Positions 18,575-27,358 are shown, counted from the first letter of the stretch. The stretch: 52,475 nucleotides of DNA from Clostridia bacterium (GCA_046484775.1 JAWOIG010000007.1:1-52475); one strand, 5' to 3'. Numbers and translations: made by a program. Notes: a model not told the origin generated them from the letters alone.

Positions 18575-18628
18575 AAGTCCATGGAAGCGGGACACAGGGA
18601 TGACGTTCCGATAAAAAGGAGAAACAAT

Positions 18629-19459
18629 ATGGCTGGAATTTTTGGATATAAACAAGAACAACAAAAAGACGAACCAAAGGCAAATGGGAAATTCATGGGT
18701 CTTGTCAACCTGTTGATGAGGAAAATATGGGACATTACAAAGGTCAACATAATCAGCTTTTTGTTTTACATCCCGTTTTTTGCGATTGTTTGGTTGGTAT
18801 CATACTGGTTTATACCGGCTGAGGGTGCGGGAATCTTCAATTATAAGATCTACACGCCATCGGATTCAGCTTTGATTGACCTTATTAGAAGACTTATGAT
18901 TGGCTCTATCCTGGTGACAATCCCGATAACCGTATTCGGGCCTGCGGCCGCGGGAGCAACATATGTGTACAGGGGTTTTGTGAAAGGACAGGCAGTCTTC
19001 GTCTGGAGCGACATGTGGTCGAATATAAAGAAGTTTTTCTGGAAATCAATGCTTGTTACCGTCATTGATATTGCGATTTTGTTCTTTTCGGGAATTGCCA
19101 TCCAGTTTTACCCACAAGTGCTCGATGGATTCATGGAAGCCGCGATTGTGTATCTGATTGTCATCTTCCTGTTTCTGTTCTTCATGATGCATTTCTATAT
19201 TTACCAGCTTATGATAGGGTACAATCTCAGTGTTGTAAAACTTTACAGATATTCCTTCGTATTCGCATTGCTCCGTTTGTTCCCGAATCTCGCCATATTG
19301 ATTCTGTGTATATTCATTACAATAGCACCATATGCCATACATATCATGGTCGGCAACGGGCTGCTGATATTCCTGACCATCGGCCTTTGCGGAACCATAA
19401 TCAATTATTACTCATGGCCGGCCATAGAAAAGCACTTTGAACCGCTGGTTAAAAAGTAA
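18629..19459 (+). CDS. DUF624 (YesL-like) integral membrane protein
   Basis: N-terminal GKFMGLVNLLMRKIWDITKVNIISFLFYIPFF followed by several TM segments. AAGGAG lies upstream of the ATG at 18629. Confidence 0.65.
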   Translation: MAGIFGYKQEQQKDEPKANGKFMGLVNLLMRKIWDITKVNIISFLFYIPFFAIVWLVSYWFIPAEGAGIFNYKIYTPSDSALIDLIRRLMIGSILVTIPITVFGPAAAGATYVYRGFVKGQAVFVWSDMWSNIKKFFWKSMLVTVIDIAILFFSGIAIQFYPQVLDGFMEAAIVYLIVIFLFLFFMMHFYIYQLMIGYNLSVVKLYRYSFVFALLRLFPNLAILILCIFITIAPYAIHIMVGNGLLIFLTIGLCGTIINYYSWPAIEKHFEPLVKK

Positions 19460-19521
19460 GATGCAGTCAATGATGAAAATATCAGAATGGGAAAAAATAA
19501 ATTCAAAAAAACCCGGGAGGA

Positions 19522-20892
19522 ATGATGATTGAAAATAACACGGTGGATATAATTAATAAAGTCTACGGGTATGAAATAATCAGCGCACCGGAAATACTGG
19601 CATTGAAAAAAAGCATGGATATTATTCTTGCTGAACTGGGCATAGAACCGATATACGAATTTCTGTCTTATGACATAACCGAATACTCCGAGGCAAGGAA
19701 GACCATTCATGCCAGACGTTTCTATCAGCTTTTCAAACCGGTCTTTAGCTTCACGCAGTTCAATATGGAAACATTTCACAAGATACAGGCGGGCTGCCTG
19801 TTTATATCCGCCACATCGGGAATAATGAGGGGTTATGATGAATTTGAATACTCCGGATTTGTAAGGGAAGTCCTGAATGAACTCGGCAGGATTGACGGCG
19901 GCAGATACCATAACAGGACGGCAAAGGAAAAGCTGATGGCATTGCAGAATCTGTTCGATAAATTCGGGCACGTGTCCATTGGGATATACAGCCTTCAGAT
20001 ATTCACAAAATTCGGTATGGCGATGCAAAAGCTGAACAAGGTGCCCGAAGGATATCCGCGTCGGCTCCTGGATGACATAATGGAGGACATAAACAATCAA
20101 AAAAACCCCATTGATAAGATCAGGAAGCTTCTGTCTCTGGAAGTGGCGTCCGAAGCCGGGATAAACGAGGCCATTGATGAATATATAGATTATGCTTTAT
20201 CCGACATATCAGCATACAGCATCTCTGCGGAAAAGAAAAAGTCGTCAAAATCAAAAAAGGGATTGGCAGCCGAAATCTCGGCTGAAGTACGGGATTTTTT
20301 CAACGGTTATAAAAAGGAAGCCAGGGATATACGGCATATGTCCGGAAGTTTCCGTGGAAAACTCTTGCTTTTCGATGAAAATCCGGGAAACAAGGCAATA
20401 TCGGTGCTTTATACTGCATTGCTTGACAGGCTTGTACGAGCTTATGACAATCTTCGTTATTATGAGGAAGTATCCTTCGTCAAGCAGCTTAACATGATTT
20501 TCATAACCAGGATCAAGGAAATTCTTTTGGAACAGCGCAAGCAGGAAATGAATGTTATTAGAAATGAATGCATACGGATAATAGAAGATAATATAGCAGG
20601 TATGATGGTATACGAACTCGACGGTGTACTTGCGGCACTTTCCGTTGACAAGGATGAATTTGACGATGCATACGGCATAGATTCCGACGAATCAGAAGCT
20701 GCTATAATCGAGCTTGATGATTATCTTGATGCAAATCTTGACATGGCCGGAAAAATACAGGATGATATGCGAGCCAATTTAAAAAGAATACTTAATCCGG
20801 GGCTTATGGGAAAGACCGAGAAGGAAATGCTTCAGTCAGTGATATATGATTTCAATCATGTGCTTGAATTTTTATCGGAGGATGAAGAATGA
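19522..20892 (+). CDS. Hypothetical protein with no recognisable domain and an acidic C-terminal third
   Basis: 456-aa ORF with GGGAGG 2 nt upstream and an ATGA overlap with the downstream GHMP kinase gene. The composition is coding-like, and the antisense ORF 19408-20100 looks spurious. Confidence 0.7.
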   Translation: MMIENNTVDIINKVYGYEIISAPEILALKKSMDIILAELGIEPIYEFLSYDITEYSEARKTIHARRFYQLFKPVFSFTQFNMETFHKIQAGCLFISATSGIMRGYDEFEYSGFVREVLNELGRIDGGRYHNRTAKEKLMALQNLFDKFGHVSIGIYSLQIFTKFGMAMQKLNKVPEGYPRRLLDDIMEDINNQKNPIDKIRKLLSLEVASEAGINEAIDEYIDYALSDISAYSISAEKKKSSKSKKGLAAEISAEVRDFFNGYKKEARDIRHMSGSFRGKLLLFDENPGNKAISVLYTALLDRLVRAYDNLRYYEEVSFVKQLNMIFITRIKEILLEQRKQEMNVIRNECIRIIEDNIAGMMVYELDGVLAALSVDKDEFDDAYGIDSDESEAAIIELDDYLDANLDMAGKIQDDMRANLKRILNPGLMGKTEKEMLQSVIYDFNHVLEFLSEDEE

Positions 20893-22004
20893 CGGTTCGT
20901 GTATCGGCTCCAAGCCGGCTATGCTTGTTTGGGGAACACCTTGACTACCATCATCTGGAAGTTGTCACGATGGCAATCGACCTTCGTTTCCACGCGGAGA
21001 TATCCGCCAGGAACGACGGGCTTGGGGTAATTGAAATCAAAGATGAAACAATAGATACGCTTAATCAGGAAAACACATGGAAAAGATATGAAAGATTTGA
21101 ATTTGACCTTGCATCCGAATTAATTTACACCGGCTCCCGGGACTATTTCAAAAGCTGCTTCAATGTTATAAAAAGGAGGGGATACGACATATCCTCTGGT
21201 TTTGATATAAAGATGGATTCCGAGATTCCGATAGGCAAGGGAATGTGCTCTTCAAGCGCCATGGTGGTGACCTTGATCAAAGCCGTTTTGGAATGCATTG
21301 ATGCGGACATTAAGGATTCAGGTTCGGAAATTGCGCAGATGGGATATGAGGCGGAGGTCTCGGAGTTCAACGAGCCGGGTGGGAAAATGGATCATATGGC
21401 AAGCGCTTACGGGGGCATCCGGAGATTTGGTTTTTCAGACATTAAGAATCCGACTATGGAAGCGCTCGGGAATCTCCCAACCGGAGAATTCATTTTATTT
21501 GACAGCCTTCAGAGAAAGGATACTATAAAGGTTCTTGAAACCGCCAGGAAACCCGTCGAGGAAGCGGTTAGACTCCTGGGACTGAAGAGCATTGCGGAGA
21601 TCGGCATCAAGGCGCTTGGCGAATCAAATATTCCCATTGGATACAAGAATCCGGCAATGGCTGCGCTTTACAATTATGATATCCTCAAACAATTTCTATC
21701 AATGCATTTATCGGGGACTATAACACCGGAACAGTTCGGTGAAATGCTATACAGGCATCATTGCCGGCTCAGGGACGGACTTGGCATATCCACGGATTCA
21801 ATCGAGGAAATCCTTGATACAGCAATGCATAACGGCGCGCTCGGCGGCAAGCTGAATGGAACGGGCGGAGGTGGATGCTGCTACGTATTCTGCCATGAAA
21901 AGGATGCCGGTCGCATAATCGGTTCAGTGGGCGCAAAGGGTTATCCGGGAAGAATCGTAAAAACGGCCGGTGAAGTTGCGGCCGAAAAGGGAGGCTGCGC
22001 ATGA
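20889..22004 (+). CDS. GHMP-family sugar kinase (galactokinase-like anomeric kinase)
   Basis: APSRLCLFGEHLDYH (galactokinase signature-like), GHMP motif II PIGKGMCSSSAMVV, and C-terminal GTGGGGC. Confidence 0.8.
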   Translation: MTVRVSAPSRLCLFGEHLDYHHLEVVTMAIDLRFHAEISARNDGLGVIEIKDETIDTLNQENTWKRYERFEFDLASELIYTGSRDYFKSCFNVIKRRGYDISSGFDIKMDSEIPIGKGMCSSSAMVVTLIKAVLECIDADIKDSGSEIAQMGYEAEVSEFNEPGGKMDHMASAYGGIRRFGFSDIKNPTMEALGNLPTGEFILFDSLQRKDTIKVLETARKPVEEAVRLLGLKSIAEIGIKALGESNIPIGYKNPAMAALYNYDILKQFLSMHLSGTITPEQFGEMLYRHHCRLRDGLGISTDSIEEILDTAMHNGALGGKLNGTGGGGCCYVFCHEKDAGRIIGSVGAKGYPGRIVKTAGEVAAEKGGCA

Positions 22005-22753
22005 AGGCAATAGTTTTGGGAGCGGGAAAGGGCAAAAGGCTTGATAGTGAAAACCATGGAATACCGAAGGTGATGAGGACCGCCCTGGGAAAACCCCTGC
22101 TGTATTATGTGCTTGAAAATCTTGTTTTCTGCGATGAAATATTAATAGTCGTAGGATACAAAAAGGATGTTGTCATAAATGGCGCAGGCTCCGGCTACAC
22201 ATATGTCGACCAACAGGAAATGAAGGGAACGGGACATGCCGCGGCGGTAACCGAGAAAGCTTTGTCCGGCTACAATGGCCCTGTGCTCATAACCTTCGGC
22301 GATATGCCTCTGTTTATGGAATCAACATACAGGCAAATGTTTGAAATACACCGAAATGAGAAAGCGGACTGCACAAATCTTACTTGCGTATACGGACCTG
22401 ATGAGGAATTGCCTCATTACGGAAGGATCATAAGGGATGAAAACGGCCGGTTTTTAGCTGTTAGGGAGCATAGGGACTGCTCCGGGGAAGAAAAGAGTAT
22501 AAGGGAAACAAATGTCGGGGTCATGGTATGCAATGCGCCGGATATGTACAGGTATCTGAATATGCTTGATTGCAGCAATTCGCAGGGTGAATACTATCTG
22601 ACGGAGCTTCCGGCCATAATGCGCAGGAACGGACGTAAGGTCGTAATGAATACGATACATGACACGGAACAAGCCATTGGAGCCAACACGCCGGAGGAAC
22701 TTGAGAGAATTGAAAATGTTCTGAAAAAAAGGAGCGGCGTGAAAAATGATTAA
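22001..22753 (+). CDS. Sugar-1-phosphate nucleotidyltransferase
   Basis: MKAIVLGAGKGKRL (GxGxR signature) and GTGHA. ATGA overlap with the kinase gene. Confidence 0.8.
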   Translation: MKAIVLGAGKGKRLDSENHGIPKVMRTALGKPLLYYVLENLVFCDEILIVVGYKKDVVINGAGSGYTYVDQQEMKGTGHAAAVTEKALSGYNGPVLITFGDMPLFMESTYRQMFEIHRNEKADCTNLTCVYGPDEELPHYGRIIRDENGRFLAVREHRDCSGEEKSIRETNVGVMVCNAPDMYRYLNMLDCSNSQGEYYLTELPAIMRRNGRKVVMNTIHDTEQAIGANTPEELERIENVLKKRSGVKND

Positions 22754-24152
22754 ATTTGGAACCGGCGGCTGGAGATCCATCATCGGGGAGGATTTTACAA
22801 AGGCAAACATCAGGCTGCTTACGCAGGCGATGTGCAACGAGATAAAGGATTCCGGGAAGGAAGACAGACCTGTAATAATCGGATATGACAGAAGATTCCT
22901 TTCCGATTTGGGAGCCAGGTGGATATGCGAGGTTTTGGCGGGCAATGATATACCTGTCGAACTCATTGACAAAAATGCGCCGACTCCGCTGATTATGTTT
23001 GAGGTCAAGAAAAAGGAGACATACTACGGGGCTGCGGTTACGGCCAGCCATAATCCGGCAATATATAATGGCATTAAGATATTCACCGCGGGCGGGCGGG
23101 ACGCATCAATGGAAACTACCAATCTTATAGAAGAATACATAGATAGGGTAACCGATATAAAATCAATTGACTTCGAGAAGGCATGCTCTGACGGCCTCAT
23201 AGTAAAAACCGACCCATCGAACGAATACATAGATTCAATTCTTGGCATGATTGACAATGAAGCGGTGAGACAAAGAAACCTTCGGGTTCTGCTCGACCCA
23301 ATGTACGGCGTATCAAAGACCAGCCTTCAGACGATTCTGCTGACATTGAGATGCGACCTGGATATAATAAACGACAGGCACGATACGCTGTTCGGGGGAA
23401 GACTTCCTTCTCCATCGGCAGCAACTCTGCTCCACCTAAAGCAACTGGTGGTTGAGAAAAAGTATGACATTGGCATCGGAACCGATGGGGACGCCGACAG
23501 GCTGGGCGTCATAGACGACGAAGGAAGATTCATACATCCAAATGAAATACTTGCGCTGCTTTATTATTATTTGTTCAAATACAAGGGCTGGAAGGGTGAT
23601 GTGGTTCGAAATCTCGCGACAACAAACCTTCTCGACGACATGGCTGCGGATTTCGGGATGAAATGCCATGAAGTGCCGGTTGGATTCAAGCATATCAGCT
23701 CGGCGATGGAACAGACCGATGCGGTCATCGGGGGCGAATCAAGCGGAGGATTGACCATCAGGGGGCATATAAAGGGCAAGGACGGCATTTTCGCAGCTAC
23801 CCTGCTGATTGAAATGATGTGCGTGACCAAGAAGAAGATATCCGAAACATTGAATGAGATATACTCAAGATACGGATACAGGACGATGGTTGAGAATGCC
23901 TATTCGTTCGATGCCGATAAAAAGGAAAATCTTGTGAAAATGCTGTTTGTGGACAGGAAGCTTCCCGATTTCCCGATGCCGGTAATAAAGACAAGCTACA
24001 TGGATGGTCTAAAGGTATATTTTCAGAACAAAGGATGGCTGATAGCCCGTTTTTCCGGCACGGAACCGCTCCTTCGGGTATTCAGCGAAATGCCGGACAA
24101 TGAAAGCGCCGAGGCGGCATGCGGAGCAATGAAGGATTTTCTGGGGGTATGA
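22746..24152 (+). CDS. Phosphohexomutase (phosphoglucomutase/phosphomannomutase family)
   Basis: Active-site TASHNP, metal loop GTDGDADR, sugar loop GGESSGG, and C-terminal RFSGTEP. Confidence 0.9.
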   Translation: MIKFGTGGWRSIIGEDFTKANIRLLTQAMCNEIKDSGKEDRPVIIGYDRRFLSDLGARWICEVLAGNDIPVELIDKNAPTPLIMFEVKKKETYYGAAVTASHNPAIYNGIKIFTAGGRDASMETTNLIEEYIDRVTDIKSIDFEKACSDGLIVKTDPSNEYIDSILGMIDNEAVRQRNLRVLLDPMYGVSKTSLQTILLTLRCDLDIINDRHDTLFGGRLPSPSAATLLHLKQLVVEKKYDIGIGTDGDADRLGVIDDEGRFIHPNEILALLYYYLFKYKGWKGDVVRNLATTNLLDDMAADFGMKCHEVPVGFKHISSAMEQTDAVIGGESSGGLTIRGHIKGKDGIFAATLLIEMMCVTKKKISETLNEIYSRYGYRTMVENAYSFDADKKENLVKMLFVDRKLPDFPMPVIKTSYMDGLKVYFQNKGWLIARFSGTEPLLRVFSEMPDNESAEAACGAMKDFLGV

Positions 24153-24153
24153 A

Positions 24154-25065
24154 ATGAAAGTAGCGGTAACGGGAGGATGCGGATTCATTGGTTCGCATGT
24201 GGTCGATGCCCTGGTCGACAGAGGACATGAGACGATTGTATTTGACAACATGTCGACGGGAAGTTTTTCAAACCTGAACCCGGGTGCAGGACTGCTGACA
24301 GGGGATGTCGCCGACAGAAGCGAACTTGATTCATTTTTCACAACGGCAAGGCCTGATGCGGTCATCCATCTTGCCGCCCAGATAGACGTCATGGCGTCCA
24401 TGAAGAACCCGTCCTTCGATGCGATGGTGAATATAATGGGAAGCATAAATGTGCTGGACATGTGCAAAAAGCACGGGGTCGGAAGGATGGTGTATGCTTC
24501 CAGTGCGGCTGTCTACGGAAATCCCGTATATCTAGGTATTGACGAGTTGCACCCATGCAACCCGGAGTCATTCTACGGCTACTCAAAGCTGGTTCCCGAG
24601 TACTATATAAGAAAGTACTCGTCCTTGACCGGAATGACACATGCCATTTTGAGATATGCGAACGTATATGGCCCAAGACAGAAGGCTGAGGGCGAGGGCG
24701 GCGTCGTGGCCATATTCGCCGACAGAATGAAAAAAAGACAGGATTGCCATATATTCGGCGATGGAACACAAACCAGGGACTTTGTATATGTTAAGGACAT
24801 TGCAGCTGCAAATCTGATTGCGCTCGAGTCAACGGAGAGCTTCACCGCAAATGCAAGTACATCAGTGAAGATAACTGTAAACGGGCTGTTCGGAATCATG
24901 AGGGAATATTACGGATACCCGGTTAATCCTGTGTATGAACCGGCAAGAACGGGTGACGTACAGCACAGCTGGCTTGCCAACGATAAAATCAGGGAAATAT
25001 TGAAATGGACTCCCGGATACAGTATCCGGGAAGGAATTTCCGATATGCGAAAATCGGATGACTGA
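24154..25065 (+). CDS. NAD-dependent NDP-sugar epimerase/dehydratase (SDR)
   Basis: VTGGCGFIGSH Rossmann motif and catalytic YGYSK (YxxxK). It starts 1 nt after the mutase stop. Confidence 0.85.
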   Translation: MKVAVTGGCGFIGSHVVDALVDRGHETIVFDNMSTGSFSNLNPGAGLLTGDVADRSELDSFFTTARPDAVIHLAAQIDVMASMKNPSFDAMVNIMGSINVLDMCKKHGVGRMVYASSAAVYGNPVYLGIDELHPCNPESFYGYSKLVPEYYIRKYSSLTGMTHAILRYANVYGPRQKAEGEGGVVAIFADRMKKRQDCHIFGDGTQTRDFVYVKDIAAANLIALESTESFTANASTSVKITVNGLFGIMREYYGYPVNPVYEPARTGDVQHSWLANDKIREILKWTPGYSIREGISDMRKSDD

Positions 25066-25156
25066 GTGATTTTGTATTTGAACAAAATTATTTCGACAGG
25101 GTTTTATGGGGGAATATGGATTGGGGCCTTTCCAAAACACAGGAAATGCGGAAGAG

Positions 25157-25546
25157 ATGAAGAAGCTGTTCGAAAAGCATAGGCATTTTATACTGTATGT
25201 CATGATCGGCACTATAGCGACAGCTATCGACATGTGCATTTTCTTTTCGCTGACCGACCTTGGCGGTGTTCATTACTTGATTTCAAATATTATCAGTGTT
25301 TTCTTTGGAATACTGACAAGCTTTGAATTGAATTCAAGGTTCAATTTCAAAAAAACAGATTTTCGCGTCAGAAGATTCATATCATTCGCAGTTGTTTGCG
25401 TAATCGGGATGGGTCTGGGATCACTTTTGCTCACCACATTTTATATTTGGCTGGATTTCCCTAAATTCATCGCAAAAGTACTTTCGGTGGTTACGGCGGG
25501 AGTCTTGCAGTTTATTTTCAACAAGAACATTACATTCAGGAAATAG
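25157..25546 (+). CDS. GtrA-family membrane protein
   Basis: About 130 aa with 4 TM segments, F.LYVMIGTIATAIDMCIFF and a C-terminal FIFNKNITFR pattern typical of GtrA. Confidence 0.75.
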   Translation: MKKLFEKHRHFILYVMIGTIATAIDMCIFFSLTDLGGVHYLISNIISVFFGILTSFELNSRFNFKKTDFRVRRFISFAVVCVIGMGLGSLLLTTFYIWLDFPKFIAKVLSVVTAGVLQFIFNKNITFRK

Positions 25547-25552
25547 ATTGCG

Positions 25553-26392
25553 TCAATGGGTGAAGACGACAATGAAGTCAAGGTATCTGCCCGTATCAGG
25601 GTTTATGTCGCCTGTTTCCGAAATAATTACGGTTCTCGGTTCATCCCTTTCAAGTGCGAGTACTTCCGCGGGAAGGAATCCATTCCGGTAGATTATTGAA
25701 TCATATACCTGCTGAACGACTTTCAAACCGTTGTCCAGTGTAAAGGTTATGGTGTCGCCTGTCCTAAGTTTGTCAAGTGGAAAGAATGCGCCTGCAAGTC
25801 CGCCGTAATGCTTGAAACCAAAGAGAATGCAGTTTCCTGATTCACCCGGCAGATGGCTGCCCTCATACCAGGAAACAATCTCTGCGGAGGATATTACCGA
25901 TATCTTGCCCTCTTCATCAAGCGAAGCATTTCTTACTTCCGCCAATATATCCTCAGATTCGATTCTAACCGGTTTGACTGCCGCTTCGTCGGTGACAGGA
26001 ACGGGCGGCAGCGCACTTTGTGTAGGAAGAGGCATGGCTGTCGGGGACGACGTCGTTTCCACTACCACACCTTCTACTTGCGTGGGGACAGGCGTTGGAC
26101 TTCCCGTTATATTCGGTAATGAATTGCCGGGAGTATTTTCCGCCTGAGAATTCCATCCGAAGGGAAACCCATTTGAAAACACAAACAAATAGACGGCCAG
26201 GGCTGACAACAGCAGAATAAGAATTGCGGCCAGTATCAAAGCAGTTGCTTTTCTTGAAGCAGGGGGTTTTTTTAATATTTCCGAATATGAGCTTTTTACG
26301 GCATCGCAGTAATGTTCTCTGGGACAGACATCTGTCTCCAGTTTCTGAAGATAAGGACAGTCTTTATTGGTGACAGGACATTTAACGGCCAT
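25553..26392 (-). CDS. Single-pass membrane protein: N-terminal Cys-rich segment, Pro/Thr-rich linker, C-terminal sortase-like domain lacking the catalytic Cys
   Basis: It contains CPVTNKDCPYLQKLETDVCPREHYC, then a TM segment (ALILAAILILLLSALAVYLFVF), then a P/T-rich linker. The C-terminal roughly 140 aa align by eye with the SrtA core, with the TLxTC position reading VIISE. The ATG at 26392 follows AGGAG. The ORF-track start at 26410 has no RBS. Confidence 0.55.
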   Translation of the reverse strand: MAVKCPVTNKDCPYLQKLETDVCPREHYCDAVKSSYSEILKKPPASRKATALILAAILILLLSALAVYLFVFSNGFPFGWNSQAENTPGNSLPNITGSPTPVPTQVEGVVVETTSSPTAMPLPTQSALPPVPVTDEAAVKPVRIESEDILAEVRNASLDEEGKISVISSAEIVSWYEGSHLPGESGNCILFGFKHYGGLAGAFFPLDKLRTGDTITFTLDNGLKVVQQVYDSIIYRNGFLPAEVLALERDEPRTVIISETGDINPDTGRYLDFIVVFTH

Positions 26393-26506
26393 AAACATCT
26401 CCTGAGACATAGTATATCATAAAATGAAAAAGCAGCCCCAATGCTTTGAGGCTTGTATTGTAGAGGCGGGAAACGGAGATGAAGAGGAACCCTGCGATTT
26501 GAGTCC

Positions 26507-26535
26507 TTGACAGAGACCAGCCGTTAACCTAAAAT
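26507..26535 (+). promoter_or_regulatory. Promoter for tRNA-Ala
   Basis: TTGACA (26507-26512), 17-nt spacer, TAAAAT (26530-26535). Confidence 0.55.
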
Positions 26536-26551
26536 GGTATTCGCATGACCC

Positions 26552-26626
26552 GGGGCTGTAACTCAGCGGGAGAGTGCCACACTGGCAGTGTGGAAGTCGT
26601 GGGTTCGATTCCCATCAGCTCCACCA
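26552..26626 (+). tRNA. tRNA-Ala (anticodon GGC), encoded CCA
   Basis: Acceptor GGGGCTG/CAGCTCC with the G3:U70 alanine identity pair, anticodon loop CTGGCAG, GGTTCGATTCC T-loop, and ACCA end. Confidence 0.9.
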
Positions 26627-26630
26627 AAGT

Positions 26631-26657
26631 AAAAGCGACTGTTATACAGTCGCTTTT
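26631..26657 (+). terminator. Rho-independent terminator after tRNA-Ala
   Basis: 11-bp stem AAAAGCGACTG / CAGTCGCTTTT with loop TTATA. The 3' arm ends in TTTT. Confidence 0.75.
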
Positions 26658-26664
26658 ACTTACA

Positions 26665-26801
26665 AAGAACGAAACTGCAAGGTCATAGGTTTGTACGAAA
26701 GTTGCGTACCGCAGTAGTTAATGCGGTTGTTGGCAGCCGCATTAACTTATAAGAACGAAAAATCAAGGTCATAGGTTTGTACGAAAGTTGCGTACCGCAG
26801 T
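26665..26801 (+). repeat. Two 51-nt B-type repeats (26665-26715 and 26751-26801) flanking a perfect 11-bp hairpin (26716-26747)
   Basis: The two units differ at 3 positions. Each contains GTCAT-A-GGTTTGTAC, an imperfect reverse complement of the A-repeat core. The hairpin is AGTTAATGCGG / CCGCATTAACT. Confidence 0.75.
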
Positions 26802-26825
26802 CCTTAGGATAATGTTTGAGGAACA

Positions 26826-27079
26826 CAACGAAAGTACAAACCGTAAATGACAAATCAGGTCGTTGAATGCAAGTAAAGTAAATTCCGTATAAACGCAACG
26901 AAAGTACAAACCGTAAATGGCAAACCAAGTCGTTGAAAGAGTTAAAGCAAATTCATTGAAAACGCAATTAAAGCACAAACCGTTTATTGGAAAAGCAGGG
27001 CGTTGAATGCAGCCAAAATGAGTCCAGTCCTATAGATGAAGAACATACAAACCATAAAATGACATGCCGGGTCGTTGGG
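26826..27079 (+). repeat. Four A-type repeats spaced 70, 69 and 72 nt apart, degenerating in the 3' direction
   Basis: CAACGAAAGTACAAACCGTAAATGACAAATCAGGTCGTTGAA-like units have their cores at 26834, 26904, 26973 and 27045. The same family occurs at 64-100, 217-253 and 287-320. Confidence 0.75.
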
Positions 27080-27358
27080 CGTTGCATCAGAAATTCTCTG
27101 TTTGATAACAGTCTGTTTCTTATCAAGGTCAAAGGCCTTTTTTCTTGGATAAGGTTGGAATCAGCAACGTCTCATACTTGCATTCAAGGCTTACACATAA
27201 CTGCAAGTGCAAATTAACGTTTGCTTGAATGGTTACCCGCATTTATAGGTGAATTGCCCTGCCGGAAGGTTTATGACTTTGGAATATTATGTTATACTAG
27301 CTCCTATAGTTCACCTATTATATTGGTTATGCAGCAGACTGTTATACAAGGAGGACAT

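Noticed and set aside
25553-26392. Calling the 279-aa membrane protein an active sortase
   Set aside because: The position equivalent to the TLxTC cysteine is not Cys, and the His position is altered in my manual alignment. No LPXTG substrate gene is adjacent.
26824-26870. Integron attC-like sites (RYYYAAC ... GTTRRRY: ACACAAC ... GTTGAAT)
   Set aside because: The units are shorter than typical attC sites. They are separated by about 25 nt rather than by gene cassettes. Several copies violate the core, and no intI gene is nearby.
26847-26940. Tandem micro-ORFs starting in the A repeats (ATGACAAAYCARGTYGTTGA = MTNQVV(E/D)), with several differences at third-codon positions
   Set aside because: No Shine-Dalgarno sequence is at a usable distance. 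Two of six copies carry a 1-nt deletion that breaks the frame right after codon 4. The downstream peptides (9 to 30 aa) share nothing. The pattern rests on very few substitutions.
26826-27079. CRISPR array (repeats of about 40 nt with spacers of about 30 nt in a 70-nt period), with the upstream B units as a tracrRNA-like anti-repeat
   Set aside because: There are only four units, and even the two best differ at 3-4 positions. Later units are strongly degenerate. The same repeat occurs at 1-320 with 153-nt spacing as part of a self-complementary unit. No cas gene lies within the 52-kb window. At most this is a vestigial array. A genome-wide search for the repeat next to cas genes would settle it.
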